Shown: one piece after another, positions 7,073-15,200 of the stretch | Numbering within the stretch: position 1 is the first letter of the stretch | Layout: each line of letters begins with the position of its first letter | DNA from: Ferroglobus placidus DSM 10642 | Lineage (GTDB): Archaea > Halobacteriota > Archaeoglobi > Archaeoglobales > Archaeoglobaceae | Assembly (NCBI RefSeq): GCF_000025505.1 | Contig: NC_013849.1 | Span: forward strand, 600,001 to 632,000 | Length of the DNA stretch: 32,000 nucleotides | Reading direction: 5' to 3' | Position numbers and translations under genes: made by a program | The notes under the pieces: model-generated | Told to the model about the DNA's origin: nothing | Database searches by the model: none | The model's input: only the letters and a program-made list of their open reading frames with translations

Positions 7073-7640
7073 GCTTTCTATCAAGTTCGTAGTGAACAAT
7101 CGTTATGCAATGCTCAGCCATGAGGCTTTTCGTTGGAATTCCAATTATCTTTTTCGCTTTTCTTAATACAATCTCCTCCAATTCTTCTGGAACTCCCTCA
7201 TGGTCTCCGAGAACGAAAAGAGCGTTATTATCTTTAAGCTTTCTGATGTCTTCTCCATCCTCCCTGAGGTAGTAAACGTCCGAAGCGACTTCGTCGAGCA
7301 ACTCTTCAAGCCCCTTTTTAGCCACGTAAATTCCGGGAGTGCTCTTCTTCCAATTCTTATCAGCTTTTATTTCGAGAGCCTTTCTTATCAATCCGGCAAT
7401 TCCCCTCTCGTCTGGGGGCATGTACTTAACTTCCTTCCCAACGATTTTCAAAACCTTCGGCGGATCTGGAGGACCGAGCAAAAGCAAGTAAACGTTAACG
7501 TCTCTCCTTATGTCGTGGGATAGGAAGAAAGCTGAGGATACGCATCTGCAAAGTATGTCTATTCTACCAGCTCCCGGCAAATCGTTAAGGCTGAATTTCT
7601 CAGTTCTCGCCTTGCTTCCTATTATAAGGAATTCCCTCAT
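7059..7640 (-). CDS. trmY: tRNA (pseudouridine54-N1)-methyltransferase TrmY (SPOUT, DUF358)
   Basis: MREFLIIGSKA...LPGAGRIDILCRCVSSAFFLSHDIRRDV...PPDERGIAGLIRKAL...STPGIYV...LGDH...HCITIVH closely follows the Methanocaldococcus TrmY sequence pattern. ATG 7640 overlaps the upstream stop (ATGA 7637-7640). Confidence 0.85.
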   Translation of the reverse strand: MREFLIIGSKARTEKFSLNDLPGAGRIDILCRCVSSAFFLSHDIRRDVNVYLLLLGPPDPPKVLKIVGKEVKYMPPDERGIAGLIRKALEIKADKNWKKSTPGIYVAKKGLEELLDEVASDVYYLREDGEDIRKLKDNNALFVLGDHEGVPEELEEIVLRKAKKIIGIPTKSLMAEHCITIVHYELDRKQLNS

Positions 7641-7858
7641 TCGAGCTTTTCCTCTACTAACCTCCTTATTCTTCTTTTCGGCAACTCGTTCTCGCACACT
7701 GGAATGACGTCAACGTAATCTCTGTATATAGTTCTCATCCAGGTGCCTATGTAGTGGATGTCGTCAAAGCAAACTGGCTTTTTGCAGATAGTACACCTCC
7801 TCCAGCTAATCCCCTCTTCATCCTCTTTGAGCTCTCTTCCGCAAGAAACGCACTTCAT
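7637..7858 (-). CDS. small zinc-ribbon protein
   Basis: 73 aa. C-x2-C (CVSC) and C-x2-C (CTIC), plus two further Cys. Overlaps the trmY start by 4 nt. Confidence 0.55.
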   Translation of the reverse strand: MKCVSCGRELKEDEEGISWRRCTICKKPVCFDDIHYIGTWMRTIYRDYVDVIPVCENELPKRRIRRLVEEKLE

Positions 7859-7862
7859 ACCA

Positions 7863-8246
7863 TCACCTCATGAGTTCTGGATGCTTTGCTAAAACCTCCA
7901 CGAGGTCGCTTGCTGTGAAAATTCCGGCCACTTCCCCCTCCTCTGCTATAACGAGCCTCCTTATCTTCATCTCAGCCATTATCTTAGCCGCCTCTTTCAC
8001 GCTGTAATCTGGCGAGACTGTGATTAGGGGAGTTGTAGCGTATCTTCCGACTTCCCTCTCCAAGCCGTCGTCGGGAAACACTTTCGAAAGCAAATCTCTT
8101 TCGGTGAATATTCCGTAAATTTCCCCGTTTCTCGAAACAAGAACGCTTCCTACTCTTTTCTCACCCATTATCCTGCAGACTTCCGAAACTTTAGTTTTCT
8201 CGTCGACGACGACGAGGTCTCTCTTCATAACTTCTCTAAGCTTCAT
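7863..8246 (-). CDS. CBS-domain pair protein
   Basis: Two CBS repeats (VGSVLVSRNGEIYGIFTERDLL and IRRLVIAEEGEVAGIFTASDLV). ATG 8246 is preferred over GTG 8252. Confidence 0.85.
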   Translation of the reverse strand: MKLREVMKRDLVVVDEKTKVSEVCRIMGEKRVGSVLVSRNGEIYGIFTERDLLSKVFPDDGLEREVGRYATTPLITVSPDYSVKEAAKIMAEMKIRRLVIAEEGEVAGIFTASDLVEVLAKHPELMR

Positions 8247-8298
8247 ATACACTTGTTTCTCGAAACAGTTTTAACTTTTTTCAAATTAGAATACTGCT

Positions 8299-9153
8299 GT
8301 GAAGATAATCCCCTTAGCTTTCGACTCCTTCGGAGCGAGAAGTATGGCTACCTTCGTCTCCTCAAAAAACGTCAGAATAATCATCGACCCCTCTGTAGCT
8401 CTCGGTCCGAGGAGATACGGTTTACCTCCCCACGAAAAGGAGATAAGGAGGAAGGAAAAGTTGTGGGAGAGGATAAAGAAGTACGCCGGAAAGGCTGAAG
8501 TTGTCGTCATCACTCACTACCACTACGACCACCACAACCCGAACGATGCGGAAGTCTTTAGGGACAAAGTCGTTTTAATAAAAGATCCGAGGAATAAAAT
8601 TAACAGGAGTCAGATGGGAAGGAGCGCTTTCTTTATAAGCCAGATTAAGGATGCAGCAAAGGAAATTGTCGTGGCTGACGGAAAAGAATTCGAATTCGAG
8701 GATGTCGCTTTAAAGTTCTCCAAACCGGTTCCCCACGGCACAAATGATAGGCTTGGATATGTTCTCGAAGTTCTCGTTGAGGAGAAAAAGAGATTTCTTT
8801 TTACGAGCGACGTCGAAGGTTTATCCCTCGACGAACAGTTGGAAGAAGCTGTTAAGTTCGATCCGGATGTCGTTTTTGCCGACGGACCTATGACGTATAT
8901 GCTGAACTACCGCTTCTCGCAAAAGAGCCTTGAAAAGTCTATAGAGAACCTCGTGAAGCTCATGGAGAAAACGAGGGTTAAGAAGCTCGTTTTAGATCAC
9001 CACCTCACGAGGGATTTGAAGTGGAGGGAGAGAATGAAGGAGGTTTTCGAGAAGGGTGAGGAGTTGGGAGTAAAGGTTATGTCGGCAGCGAATTTTGCCG
9101 GAGTTAAGGAGAACTTGCTTGAGGCGAGGAGGAAGGAGCTCTATGAGGGTTAA
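8299..9153 (+). CDS. MBL-fold protein of the archaeal UPF0282 family
   Basis: GTG start. MKIIPLAFDSFGARSMATFV... N-terminus and ITHYHYDHH motif are characteristic of UPF0282. Confidence 0.8.
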   Translation: MKIIPLAFDSFGARSMATFVSSKNVRIIIDPSVALGPRRYGLPPHEKEIRRKEKLWERIKKYAGKAEVVVITHYHYDHHNPNDAEVFRDKVVLIKDPRNKINRSQMGRSAFFISQIKDAAKEIVVADGKEFEFEDVALKFSKPVPHGTNDRLGYVLEVLVEEKKRFLFTSDVEGLSLDEQLEEAVKFDPDVVFADGPMTYMLNYRFSQKSLEKSIENLVKLMEKTRVKKLVLDHHLTRDLKWRERMKEVFEKGEELGVKVMSAANFAGVKENLLEARRKELYEG

Positions 9154-9838
9154 AGTGGGTTGCTGCGGATTTTGCATGGCAATGAACAAATACTTCTCCG
9201 AGTTTAAACTCGTTGAGGTGCAGAAAACTTTTTATCAGCCTGTGAGCGAAAAAACGGCTAAAAGCTGGAGAGAAAAGGCTCCGGAAGATTTCGAATTCGC
9301 GGTGAAGGCTTTTCAAAAGATAACTCATCCTCCGAACAGTCCGACTTACAAAAAATATAAGGTGGAAGCTAAGGACTGCGGCTTCTTCAAGCCTAACGAT
9401 GAAGTCTTCGAAGCTTGGGAAGTGACTCGAAAGGTTGCGAAAATTCTAAAAGCTAAGGTAATCCTCTTCCAAACTCCGAAGTCCTTCGTTGAGAGTGAAG
9501 AGAACGTGAAGAACATGAGGGAGTTCTTCAACTCGATAGAGCGGGAATTCGTATTCGTCTGGGAGCCGAGGGGATGGAGTGAGGAGAAAGTTAAGGAGGT
9601 TTGCGAGGAGCTCGATTTGGTTCACTGCGTTGATCCTTTTGTGGCTAAGCCGACTTACGGAGAAATAGTTTACTTCAGATTGCACGGTTCTCACGAGAGA
9701 ATGTACAAGCATAAATACACGGACGAGGAGCTTTTATGGCTTAAAAACCTCTGCGAAAGCTACGATAAAGAGGTCTACGTTCTCTTCAACAACGTTTACA
9801 TGTGCGAGGATGCTAAGAGGTTTGCTCAATTATTCTGA
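9143..9838 (+). CDS. DUF72 (UPF0759) family protein
   Basis: MRVKVGCCGF...FKLVEVQKTFYQP...W....PEDFEFAVKA...ITH follows the DUF72 pattern. ATG 9143 is preferred over 9095, which lies deep inside the previous gene. Confidence 0.8.
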   Translation: MRVKVGCCGFCMAMNKYFSEFKLVEVQKTFYQPVSEKTAKSWREKAPEDFEFAVKAFQKITHPPNSPTYKKYKVEAKDCGFFKPNDEVFEAWEVTRKVAKILKAKVILFQTPKSFVESEENVKNMREFFNSIEREFVFVWEPRGWSEEKVKEVCEELDLVHCVDPFVAKPTYGEIVYFRLHGSHERMYKHKYTDEELLWLKNLCESYDKEVYVLFNNVYMCEDAKRFAQLF

Positions 9839-10520
9839 GAATTTCTTCGAAAACCTCCGAAGCTCTTCCCCTCACGAAAATATCCACTATTGGCGTTATA
9901 GCCGACTCCTCCACGTTAACCTCAGCCACTTTGTTTCCGGCTTTCTTCGCTATTATTGGCAGAGAGGCTGCCGGCTGAACTACTCCAGAAGTTCCTACGA
10001 CGAGAACGTCGTATTTCTCCACGAGCTCTATCGATTTTTTCAAAGCATCTTCGGGCAAAGCTTCTCCGAACCAAACAACGTTCGGTCGCATCATCGAGCA
10101 GCAGTAGGGGATTTCCTTTATCGGCTTTTCGAACCTAACGATTCTTCCGCAAACTTCGCACCTCGCTTCATCTATCCTTCCGTGGAGGTGTATTACGTTT
10201 TTAGATCCAGCCCTCTCGTGGAGGTTGTCGACGTTTTGGGTTATAACAGCCTTTACTATTCCCATCTCCTCAAGCTTCGCTAAAGCTAAATGAGCTTTGT
10301 TCGGCTTAGCGTTAAAGACTTTCTCCATTCTCCACATGTACCACTCCCACACGAGCTTTGGATTTCTCCTGAAAGCTTCAGGGGTTGCCAATTCTTCCGG
10401 CTTGTATTTGTTCCACAACCCGTCCTTTCCTCTGAAGGTTGGAATTCCGCTGTCTGCTGAAATCCCGGCTCCGGTTAAAACAACTACCTCGTTGTCCTTC
10501 AAAAATTCCCAGAGCTTCAA
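9813..10520 (-). CDS. cobB: NAD-dependent protein deacylase (sirtuin, Sir2/CobB family)
   Basis: LTGAGISADSGIPTFRG, TQNVDNLHERAG and HG motifs, with Zn-ribbon cysteines CEVCG...CC. Resembles Sir2-Af1. The TTG at 10520 gives a canonical N-terminus and overlaps the cas6 stop (TTGA). Confidence 0.85.
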   Translation of the reverse strand: MKLWEFLKDNEVVVLTGAGISADSGIPTFRGKDGLWNKYKPEELATPEAFRRNPKLVWEWYMWRMEKVFNAKPNKAHLALAKLEEMGIVKAVITQNVDNLHERAGSKNVIHLHGRIDEARCEVCGRIVRFEKPIKEIPYCCSMMRPNVVWFGEALPEDALKKSIELVEKYDVLVVGTSGVVQPAASLPIIAKKAGNKVAEVNVEESAITPIVDIFVRGRASEVFEEILRIIEQTS

Positions 10521-11203
10521 GCTTTCACCATCCCGAAACCGAAAGTGTTTAGCTTCCCGAATCCGGTTTTGTAACCTAACTCCAATAGATTTTCGCAACC
10601 TTCAACTTGGAAAGCCATTTCCAAGCATCTTACGGCGCTATCGAAAACTCTTATCAGCTTCGGTTTGGCTTTTAGAATTCTCATTTCGAAGTCTTCTTTG
10701 TAATCGCATCCGAACTTCTCAGCCTTCCTCATCAGCCACTCCTTCATTTTTAAAAAGTATTTTTTCGAATTCGGGAATATGTAGTTCCCGTTCTCGCTAA
10801 CCGTAATTGGGGAGAGGGTGACGAACGTTTCTTTTGAGGAGATGCTTTTCTCTCTGAAAATCTTAACATCGTCGACGAAAAACCTTTTCTCCCCTATCTT
10901 TAAAGCGTACATCTTTTCCGCGTTGCTGTACAAAGCCTCTCCTACATCTTCGTGGATCGTGGAAAAGTAGAGCTCGACTTTGTCGGAGTCTATGTATATT
11001 TTGTCGTGAATTATAGCAAACCTTCTTTTCGGAATTAAGAGCTTGGAAAACGTGAAACAGTCTATTTCGTCGAATATCTTCTTTTCTAAAGAAGGATCCG
11101 CTGCGATGATGTTCTTGCACAGCCAAGTGGCTACGTGGTGGTTGTAGTTTATGCTTATTCCCTGCCTTTCGAACTCCGGAATTAACGTAATTTTTAGTCT
11201 CAT
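10517..11203 (-). CDS. cas6: Cas6-family RAMP protein (CRISPR RNA endoribonuclease homologue), orphan
   Basis: 228 aa. MRLKITLIP N-terminus, FVTLSPITV strand, FEMRILKAKPK, and a C-terminal glycine-rich loop LLELGYKTGFGKLNTFGFGMVKA. Collinear with Pyrococcus furiosus Cas6 as I recall that sequence. Confidence 0.75.
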   Translation of the reverse strand: MRLKITLIPEFERQGISINYNHHVATWLCKNIIAADPSLEKKIFDEIDCFTFSKLLIPKRRFAIIHDKIYIDSDKVELYFSTIHEDVGEALYSNAEKMYALKIGEKRFFVDDVKIFREKSISSKETFVTLSPITVSENGNYIFPNSKKYFLKMKEWLMRKAEKFGCDYKEDFEMRILKAKPKLIRVFDSAVRCLEMAFQVEGCENLLELGYKTGFGKLNTFGFGMVKA

Positions 11204-11250
11204 TTTAGTAATTACTTTTGTCTAATAAGTATAAAAAAGTTAAGCAAAGA

Positions 11251-12510
11251 TCAGACTTTCCTCGGATCGGTTATCTCTCCGTAAATGGCTGAAGCTGCAG
11301 CTGTGGCTGGCGAGCAGAGGTAGATTTCTCCTTCCGGACTTCCCTGCCTTCCTATGAAGTTTCTGTTGGACGTGGAAAGGCTAACCTCCTTGCTCGCTAT
11401 CAATCCGAAACTCCCTCCCATGCAGGGACCGCAGCTCGGAAACTCTACGATTGCTCCGGCTTCGACGAATATATCAATCAAACCTTCCTTCAACGCCCTT
11501 TTGTAGTGACTTCTCGAAGCGGGAATTACTATCAATCTGACTCCTTTCGCCACCTTCTCTCCTTTCAGAATCTCCGCAGCCACCTTTAAGTCTTCATACC
11601 TTCCGTTCGTGCAAGAACCTATGAAAACCTGATCTATCTTTACTCCCTCCACTTCGCTTACTGGCTTAACGTTGTCGACGCTGTGGGGGCAAGCTACCTG
11701 CGGCTCCAAGTTGCTTACGTCGAGAGAAACCTCTTTCCAGTAAGCGTCTTCGTCACTGTACAACCACTCCGGAATCTCGTAGTCGACTCCGATGCTTTTG
11801 AGGTAATCCTCGGTGACCTTGTCTGGAGGAATTATCCCGGTCTTCCCTCCCATTTCGATAGCCATGTTAGTCATCGTAAGTCTTTCTGACATCTCCATTT
11901 TTTCTATCGTGCTTCCAACAAATTCGCAGGCTTTGTAGTTCGCTCCATTCGCTCCGACCGTTCCGATTATTTTCAGGATCACGTCCTTGCTGTAAACCCT
12001 CCTCGGCAGTTTTCCGTTTATCTCGAATTTTATCGTCTCGGGAACTTTGAACCAGAGCTTTCCCAAAGCGAAAACCGCTCCCATGTCAGTTGAACCTATG
12101 CCGGTTGCGAAGGCTCCGAGGGCTCCGTACATGCAGGTGTGAGAATCTGCTCCTACCGCAAGCATCCCGGGGAGGACGTGTCCTTTTTCAACCATGATCT
12201 GATGAGCAATTCCCTCTCCAACATCGTAGAGAAGAATTCCCTGCTCTTTAGCGAATTTTCTCAGCATTTTGTGGTTTTCAGCAGCTGCAACGCTATCAGC
12301 TGGAGCTTGATGATCGAAAGCGATAACGATTTTTTTAGGATCCCAAACCTTAGCTTTCTCCCCGGCAATCTCCCTGAAAGCTTTTATGGCTAAAGGACCG
12401 GTTATATCGTGAATCATCGCCACGTCTATCTCTGCGAGGACGAAATCTCCAGCTTTAACGTCTTTTCCGCTTTTTTCGCTGAAAATTTTCTCGGAGAGAG
12501 TTTTACCCAT
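11251..12510 (-). CDS. aconitase-family dehydratase large subunit (3-isopropylmalate / homoaconitate dehydratase, LeuC/HacA)
   Basis: 419 aa. [37 protein letters not shown] and CGPCMG Fe-S cluster ligand motifs. The paralogue (LeuC vs HacA) is not resolvable by eye. Confidence 0.85.
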   Translation of the reverse strand: MGKTLSEKIFSEKSGKDVKAGDFVLAEIDVAMIHDITGPLAIKAFREIAGEKAKVWDPKKIVIAFDHQAPADSVAAAENHKMLRKFAKEQGILLYDVGEGIAHQIMVEKGHVLPGMLAVGADSHTCMYGALGAFATGIGSTDMGAVFALGKLWFKVPETIKFEINGKLPRRVYSKDVILKIIGTVGANGANYKACEFVGSTIEKMEMSERLTMTNMAIEMGGKTGIIPPDKVTEDYLKSIGVDYEIPEWLYSDEDAYWKEVSLDVSNLEPQVACPHSVDNVKPVSEVEGVKIDQVFIGSCTNGRYEDLKVAAEILKGEKVAKGVRLIVIPASRSHYKRALKEGLIDIFVEAGAIVEFPSCGPCMGGSFGLIASKEVSLSTSNRNFIGRQGSPEGEIYLCSPATAAASAIYGEITDPRKV

Positions 12511-12568
12511 GGGAAAGAAAATTGAGTGATGAAATAAAAACGTTGTCGTTATTCTCGATTCGAAAGCA

Positions 12569-12961
12569 TCAGGCGATAACGATCTCGACCTCTCTTATCT
12601 CCCCTTCGAGAACGAAAGCTCTTATCTCTTCCCTCGACACGATCACCCAAACTCCCGGGAAAATCTTCATTCCGGAAACGTCTTTTGCCGAAGGGTAAGC
12701 TTTCCAGAAAGGATGCGTGTGCCAAACTCCCACAACCTCTTTACTTACGCTTTCGGCGTGCTCAAAAATTTTCAAAGCTTCTGCTGCGTCAAGCTCGAAT
12801 TCACTCGTTGAAGATTTAACGTTTCTAACCTCGTAAACTTCATCGACAAAATAGTCTTCTTCTTTTTTCCCCAAAAGAAGCCCGCATCTTTCTATCTCGT
12901 TCCCCTTCGGTTTCACCGAATTCAAGAATCTGTAAATGTTCTCCGTCACTATCAGCTTCAA
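12569..12961 (-). CDS. JAMM/MPN+ metalloprotease (AfJAMM-like)
   Basis: E...[14 protein letters not shown] (H-x-H-x10-D JAMM motif). The TTG start at 12961 overlaps the upstream stop (TTGA), giving ~130 aa. The 183-aa ORF-track version overlaps the upstream gene out of frame. Confidence 0.8.
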   Translation of the reverse strand: MKLIVTENIYRFLNSVKPKGNEIERCGLLLGKKEEDYFVDEVYEVRNVKSSTSEFELDAAEALKIFEHAESVSKEVVGVWHTHPFWKAYPSAKDVSGMKIFPGVWVIVSREEIRAFVLEGEIREVEIVIA

Positions 12962-13155
12962 AGAAGAACTCTCCTCTCCCTTCCTATCTGCTCCTGTCTC
13001 CTCATCCACTCTGCCTTCCACTTCTGATAGCACGCTTGGCTGCAAAAACTTCTTGGCTTGTTGTTGCAGCAGGTTTTGACTATCACAGCTTCTCTTATTA
13101 TTTTGCCGCAGACGAAACACCTCTCTCCCGCTTTAGCGTTGATTTCCATCGGCAT
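12958..13155 (-). CDS. small TRASH/zf-FCS-type zinc-finger protein
   Basis: 65 aa. CFVCGK...CC...FCSQACYQKW cysteine pattern typical of TRASH/YHS-type metal-binding fingers. Confidence 0.55.
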   Translation of the reverse strand: MPMEINAKAGERCFVCGKIIREAVIVKTCCNNKPRSFCSQACYQKWKAEWMRRQEQIGRERRVLL

Positions 13156-13165
13156 ACAGATCTCT

Positions 13166-14266
13166 TTAACGCTGTGAAGTTATAAGCTTAACGCTCCTTT
13201 CGAGTTTTGAAATAACATCGTAAGAGTGTTTAGCCATAAAGGCTCCAACTATTGAAGTTACGAGAACGACCAACGCTACAATACTCATCGTTTCGTCAGT
13301 TCCGTAAGCGTAGGCTAAGAAAATCGAAAATTCTCCCCTCGCTATCGTGTCGAATCCAATTTCCAATCCGGATTTTACGGATTTGTGTGCTGAGAGACCT
13401 ATAAGTATTCCAGAGATTACCTTTCCGAGGATTGCAATCAGGATAAAAACTATGACCGCTCCGGCGTTTATCGCCTTAACTTCAACGCTCGCTCCGAAGA
13501 AGAAAAAGAAGAGTACTATAAAAACGTCTTTGAACGGAGTTACGAATTTCTCGATCTCCCTTATTTTTGAGAGCGACGCTCCGAACATTATCGCAACGAA
13601 ACCCTCTGGAATTTCCAGAATTTCAGAAAACGTTATCGCAGCGGTGGCAATTGAGAAGGAAATTAGAAGGGGAACCTCGTCGTCCCTCGAAAATATTGGT
13701 TTGAAGTTGTGGGAGACTTTGTGGAGCAAATAGATAGCAAGAGTGAAGCTGAGTATCTTTAAGAAAAAGAGGGGAATTTCGTCAATCTTTGCGGAGCTGA
13801 AAATCAGAATGAAAACGAGTATCACGTCTTCAAACACCATAAGCCAGACAACTGTTTCAGCTTCTTTGAATATCAGCTTTCTGAACTCTACAAGGGAGTG
13901 GAGGACTATTGCGGAGCTGCTTATGTAAATGGCTGAGGCGATTACGAAAGCTTCGTAGTAAGAAAACCCGAGAAGAAGCGAAGCGAGAAAGGATAGGGAG
14001 AAGTTCGTAATCAGGTCGAAAATTCCGCTCACAAAGACGTTTTTAGATAACCTTTCGAAGTTTATGTGCAGTCCTATGTAGAAGAGAAGAAAGAGAATTC
14101 CCACTTTCGTCAGAAACTCCGTTATTTCGTCGACTTCGAATAAGCCGAATCCCGACTTTCCGAGAATTAGTCCGGCGATTACGTAAAGGGGAATCGAGGG
14201 GATTAGGTATTTCCTCGAAAATAAAGCTAAGAGGGCGCAGATGAAAGCTGCTAACGCTAATTCCAT
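13166..14266 (-). CDS. cation:proton antiporter membrane subunit (CPA2/Kef-type)
   Basis: 366 aa, ~11 hydrophobic segments. N-terminal IPSIPLYVIAGLILGKSGFGL is typical of the Na_H_exchanger family. Confidence 0.8.
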   Translation of the reverse strand: MELALAAFICALLALFSRKYLIPSIPLYVIAGLILGKSGFGLFEVDEITEFLTKVGILFLLFYIGLHINFERLSKNVFVSGIFDLITNFSLSFLASLLLGFSYYEAFVIASAIYISSSAIVLHSLVEFRKLIFKEAETVVWLMVFEDVILVFILIFSSAKIDEIPLFFLKILSFTLAIYLLHKVSHNFKPIFSRDDEVPLLISFSIATAAITFSEILEIPEGFVAIMFGASLSKIREIEKFVTPFKDVFIVLFFFFFGASVEVKAINAGAVIVFILIAILGKVISGILIGLSAHKSVKSGLEIGFDTIARGEFSIFLAYAYGTDETMSIVALVVLVTSIVGAFMAKHSYDVISKLERSVKLITSQR

Positions 14267-14740
14267 TCAGATCCCTAAGATCTCCTTTTCGAACTTTTTA
14301 ACTTGTTCGCTTTCGCCTATAACGAGGAGTACGTCTCCTTCCTTTATCACGAAATCTGGGCTCGGATTTACTATCGTCTTTTTGTCTCTTGACACTGCAA
14401 TGACCGTAACGCCAGTCTTTTTCCTTATCGCCAAATCCTTTATCGATTTCCCCGAAACCTTTTTCGTCGCCACGTACTTGTGAATATTGAGCCTTACATC
14501 AGCCATTGCGGAAATTTCGAATCCTTCTCTTTCCGTTTGAAGGATCGCTCCCGACAGTATGTTTCCAAGTTTTATCGCTTCTGTTTGACTTAACTCAATA
14601 ACACACGGCTTTGCGCATCCTTTTTCGAGAATGTAAATCTGTACTCTTCCGCTTTCCAAAAAGAGGATAGCTATTTTGTTCCCGCTTTCAGTCTCAAGCT
14701 CGTATTTTGTGCCTATCCCGGAAAGATCGATGGGTGTCAT
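14267..14740 (-). CDS. cation:proton antiporter regulatory subunit (KhtT-like, TrkA-C/RCK_C domain)
   Basis: 157 aa. C-terminal GKSIKDLAIRKKTGVTVIAVSRDKKTIVNPSPDFVIKEGDVLLVIGE is an RCK_C domain. Abuts the antiporter gene with no gap. Confidence 0.75.
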   Translation of the reverse strand: MTPIDLSGIGTKYELETESGNKIAILFLESGRVQIYILEKGCAKPCVIELSQTEAIKLGNILSGAILQTEREGFEISAMADVRLNIHKYVATKKVSGKSIKDLAIRKKTGVTVIAVSRDKKTIVNPSPDFVIKEGDVLLVIGESEQVKKFEKEILGI

Positions 14741-14827
14741 TTGATGGTAATTGGTTTCGGAAGTTTATCTCTTTTTCGATAACGTGTAGAAAAATCTTTA
14801 TCTACTGCAATTTTCTTCCAAAAAACG

Positions 14828-15160
14828 ATGAAAAAGCTGATCTTTCCCCTACTTGCGGTAGGATTAATCGACACGCTGTATCTGCTCTACATAAATTTTA
14901 ATCAGCAGATTTGCTTAGTTAACGCATGTTTGAGCGAATACAACCTTCTCTTCTCAATATTGGGCTTAGCTTGGTTCGCTTCGGGATTTTTCGTAATCCT
15001 GTTCGATAAAAAATCGATAAAAGTGGCTTGGGCTATTTTGGGCTTTGCTGGAATAGCTTTCTTCGTTTCGCTGATGGTCGTAGAGAGTTACTTCTGCCCG
15101 TATTGCTCTCTCGCCCACGTTGTTGGTGGAGCAGCAGCCATCATATCTCTGAGAACTTAG
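14828..15160 (+). CDS. small polytopic membrane thiol-oxidoreductase-like protein (VKOR/DsbB-like)
   Basis: 110 aa, 3-4 TM segments. Loop cysteine pair C-x5-C (QQICLVNACLS) and an intramembrane CPYC (C-x-x-C) in the last helix. Confidence 0.4.
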   Translation: MKKLIFPLLAVGLIDTLYLLYINFNQQICLVNACLSEYNLLFSILGLAWFASGFFVILFDKKSIKVAWAILGFAGIAFFVSLMVVESYFCPYCSLAHVVGGAAAIISLRT

Positions 15161-15200
15161 CGAAAACTTTTATTTTTCCTTCGAGAAACCGGTAATTTGC

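Noticed and set aside
9810-10800. 157-aa and 167-aa plus-strand ORFs (9810-10283, 10297-10800)
   Set aside because: They are antisense to the sirtuin and cas6 genes, with no motifs and Ser/Leu/Phe/Arg-rich off-frame composition.
11251-12510. Aconitase-family large subunit without an adjacent small subunit, as an anomaly
   Set aside because: Unlinked large and small subunit genes (leuC/leuD, hacA/hacB) are common in archaea. The point is noted only as context for the cas6 neighbourhood.
12523-12568. Possible C/D-box sRNA (GTGATGA at about 12525-12531) in the leuC/JAMM intergenic region
   Set aside because: No D box (CTGA) or C'/D' elements lie at the expected spacing on either strand, and there are no terminal complementary ends.
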